This document shows, piece by piece, positions 60,098 through 64,000 of a stretch of 64,000 nt of DNA. The position numbers and the translations under genes are program-made. The notes beneath the pieces are model-generated. The model ran no database searches, was not told where the DNA came from, and saw nothing but the letters and a program-made list of their open reading frames with translations. This DNA is from Octopus sinensis (lineage: Eukaryota). How positions within the stretch are numbered: the first letter of the stretch is position 1; each line of letters starts with the position of its first letter. The stretch lies in contig NC_043015.1 of NCBI RefSeq assembly GCF_006345805.1, positions 15,562,001 to 15,626,000 of the forward strand. Reading direction: 5' to 3'.

Positions 60098-63000
60098 CTA
60101 GTACATGACCCGTCAATAAGGAGAAAACAATGCTATGTTTAGAATAACATTTCAATTTAATTCAACTATTGTTTGAGAAATACACAAAAGATATAATCTG
60201 ATAATATACTTACATATTCTTATTTATGCAAATACTTTACAAAAGCAGTAATAAACTAACAAAAAAAAATATTAAGCAGATCTGTATTTTTACACAGGCA
60301 GCATATCAATATTTACAATATTTCCGTATAGACAACATTACGCGTAAGTCTTCTTATATTTTCATTATGACGTCTACTTGTTCCTGATCTGGTAAATTCT
60401 TTTTGATTAGCAAATATTTTAAGATTCACTGGATCCCCAACTCTACTAAGAGCAACATATAACTGGCCATGAGTAAATATGGCTGCAGGCATGTAGATGC
60501 TGCACTTAGGCTTTGTCCTTGTTGTTTATAGACATTGCAAAAGCAGGTCTCACTGTAAATTGGCGTCTTTTCAAAGTAAAGGGCAAATCGGTATCAGATG
60601 GTTGCAGAATAATGCGGGGAATCAAAAGTGTGCGTCCTGCATCAACACCAGTTATTTTACTTGCAGTGATCTGACACCAATAACACACTATAACGTGCGC
60701 CATTGCAGTGCGCATTTCTCTGATCTAAGTTTCTTAACAACATTATAGGAACGCCTGTTTTTAATTTGATAATGTGAGGTGGCATGCCACTTATATTAAG
60801 AGAATTCAGAAATTCAGGAGGATAGAGTGCAGATTGTTGATCTTCTGCAACGGAATCAATATTCCTCAGAGTATACGTCTCACCTGGAAATTTCTGTCAA
60901 CTTCTTCATTCTTTGTTGTTAATATTGCTCGTGATGATAACCATTGGGTACTGTTAAAATTAACCTCTAAATCTTCATAGACATGGTTGACCAAATCCTC
61001 CTTGCTGTTCACTTGAAATTACTGAGGAATCACTATTACATCATCATATAATTGTCTTTGAATGTTGGGGATTCTTCCATCACCAACTTGCAATAACCAA
61101 ACAGAATGATACGCCAGTTGAGCTTGAGAGGTGGTTTCATTATTGCTGAAACAGTTTTGCACTCTCATATTAGTGAGAAAAGAAATTGTGCTACGGTCAT
61201 GCTGACCCATGTGATGATCCAATTCACACAGTATATCATTCAGGGCAATATTCAAAGCTGCTTTATGAGAAAATTTGTGTTGTGTCATTTGATGGAAGTA
61301 ATCTTGGCAAAGATCTTCGCGAAACATGTATAATTCTAGTGGTCAGGATGGAGAGCAAAACTGAAGAATACTGACAAACAAATTTCGTAAATTATTCACT
61401 GAACGCATTGTTCTTGCCTCATTTAGACAAAGTTTCCATTCTTGATAATTTTCTAATAGATTCATCGTTTGACACGTATGCTTAAAATTTTCACAAACAT
61501 CACTGTTAATTGTGATTAAATTTTCAAAGCTTGTTGCTCCCGCTTTATGTTGAAGTAATAGTCTAAGATATAGATGCTTTCGATCTAGTGTGGATTCTTT
61601 GCCATCAAATTTGAATTCTTTACAATCAAATTTGAATTTTTCAAAGGGACTTTGTAAGACAAGCTAAAACGCAGAAAACGGTCAATAGGCATGCGCTGAA
61701 GTGTTGCAAACGGTAGAAAGTAGGAGCCTTCATACTCGAAAGAATATTCGATGACCGCAAATCGATTCGAAGCAAGTTTCTCGAAATTGGTGCTCAAGAG
61801 TTAAACTACATCAGCCGTAAGGGAATATATGTCTATCTTATCTAACTCGCCCAGTAGGGCCCACTGTTATTCAAACTTCGATTTAGCCCCAAGCTTGGGA
61901 CAACAAACTCGAGTTGGATAAACTTGAATAGTAAGCTCTTTGCTCTTTATAACCGTTTTATGAAGTCACTTTTTTGTTAAAAATTGTTCAATTTGCATCT
62001 CCTCAAAGCGAATGGACTGGTTCTTTTAAGGTCACTCTTGGATAAAGTTCGAATAGAAAGCTCGAATAGCATAGTTCTCGAATGAAAACTCTGCAGCTAT
62101 CAAGAACTTATGAGCATTACTTTTGCATAATACTATTGCTAATAGCAATTCACCATACGTTAGCATAAAGGAAAAAATGAGCTCATACTAATCCTGATGT
62201 AACGACCTGCCTGAATGCGACCACGCGTCATCTAAGACACGTGCATACCATGTACAATAGACAGTCTAGTTAAAAGACATACCACGGGGGGAGTCACTTG
62301 TCTAACTCTTCTCCTCCAACTTTTATTATTGTTACACCAAGTATAATGCTGCGGAAAGTCACAATAGAGGATATCTTTTGCTAGGGGATCTTCTTCATTC
62401 ATCTTAAAATATGCTGTTAATTTGGTCGATCTATTTTTTGCTAAAGCTTCATGTGCATGATTCGGATTAAACACAATAATCTGTTGATCCGGCAAATGTA
62501 TCGACAAGCATTCAACAGCAGGCTGCCTTTGCTGAACTGGAGACTCATATAATATCCAGCAAGCCTCTGACGCTCCAATATAGCGGCAATTTTTGTAACT
62601 CGAAATTTCATTCATCTGATTTTCGTTGCCAACATTAAGACGCACGCCATCTTTTTGTCGGTGTAGAGGAACTGTTGCATAGTCAACACCTTTGAAAATG
62701 TACTTGTAAAGATATTTCACAGCCTTAATAGATGCACACCATTCAAGATTAATATGAGTCTCGTACTTCTGTTACAACCAATCATTATAAGGAACTACAT
62801 AATGGTTATCAACAACAATTTCTCTATTTCCAATCCGTATTGAAGTTGTGAAGCCACCATCTCAAGGGCTTCGGTGACGATATTGAGGATAAGAATCATT
62901 TCCAATTAAGGTTTGTGATCTGTAATCTCTTTGATATCTTTTACTGCAAACACCATTCACCATGCAGGGAGAATTGAAATTATCTTTTTCCGCAGGGTCT

Positions 63001-63987
63001 ATGTATCATGTGTTTCTTCACCAAGGAATAAGATGTGACGTTAATGGGTTTTCGGGATTAGGAAGTTCAGCTATAACAATTCTATCAATTTCTTGCCATG
63101 CGTTGTGATGATTTTGTATTATGAATAAGAAATGGCAGTGAGGTAATTGTCATTTTTAAAATTTCACTGTGTTTACATGAGCAATAAGTTTTCCAAGGAC
63201 TCCTGATTTGATATCGTGCAATAGTGTCTGTTGCTTTAATTTAAATACTCTTGCAGTGATATCTGGTTGGTCAACCGCCGTCTGGCCCACAGAAAGCTCG
63301 TTGGCTATTTCATGTCATTTTGGGTTGTATGTAAAAGTCAAAAATAAAGTAGGTTTGCCAAACTTTCTAACTATGGCCATTGCATCCTGGTAGTGTTTTG
63401 CTATATATCGCGGACTTCCTGTAAATGAACTTGGCAATATATAACTACGACTTGTATGATCACTATCACCTGCAAGTATAGCATCTTGTAAGCCATTATA
63501 TAAATCAACTCTTAAGGTTGCTTGATTGTTATGAACATATCGCAGACGAGTGGATTGTACTTTGGCAATTTGATCTACACAGTATTGCTGAAACAAACGC
63601 TGACCTAATTGCAATATATTTGTAGATCCTGTTCTTTTCCTGAACTATTGAAATTTGACGGTTTGTGCTGCATTTTATTCTAAAATCTGTTCACATTGTT
63701 CTTGTGACAGACGTTGTCTTGCATTTCCATGCTGAGCAGCATCTTGGTCTAAAATCTGCTTTCTTCGCTTCTGTGACTGCGCTAAACGGAGCTGACGCCG
63801 TCTTTCTGTGTTCCTTTTACGTTGCTCTTCCCTCTGTTCTTGAGTTTGCCTCAATCTTCGTAATTGCTGACTCAAATATTTTGCACTTCTTCTATAATTG
63901 GACCATTCCTCTTCCATGGACAAATCTTAATTTCTGGTTTCGGACAGACAGACGGACGGACGGACGCAGCTGTTGTTATATAAAAGA
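60098..63987 (-). mobile_element. Helitron, both termini present, internally deleted and decayed RepHel
   Basis: 5' TC at 63987 and 3' CTAG|T at 60101-60097 with a half-decayed GACGGG hairpin. Rep motifs KPTLFLTFTYNPK, LPHCHFL and HINLEWCASIKAVKYLYKYIFKG; PIF1 motifs RRQFTVRPAFAMSIN and HGQLYVALSRV. Confidence 0.93.
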
Positions 63988-64000
63988 ATTTGGAAACCCA

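Overview
Repeat-saturated eukaryotic genomic DNA, most likely octopus (inferred from my recognition of the tRNA-derived SINE families and the dense (TACA)n/(CA)n/(TA)n microsatellites). I could not identify any host protein-coding exon; one CpG-rich promoter-like patch lies near 51.4-51.7 kb. The window is a nest of transposable elements. It holds a very young full-length Ty3/Gypsy LTR retrotransposon (22049-27071, minus strand; intact pol, internally deleted gag), older Gypsy relics and a solo LTR, and three Penelope-like elements (PLEs) plus a PLE terminal remnant. One PLE is near-intact (34259-39609), sits inside the (TA)n tract of a SINE, and has a coiled-coil upstream ORF linked to RT-GIY-YIG by a canonical U_UUU_UUA slippery site. 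All four PLE loci carry a hammerhead-ribozyme-like motif: three use the compensatory U3:A8 core variant with stem covariation, and one is a decayed near-canonical motif. Also present are two Tx1-clade LINEs in different microsatellites, R4/Dong-like and RTE LINE fragments, mariner, piggyBac and nested hAT elements, a decayed Helitron with both termini, and a tandem array of three unexplained ~400-bp foldback units. All translations, alignments and motif calls were made by eye; boundaries of decayed elements are approximate.
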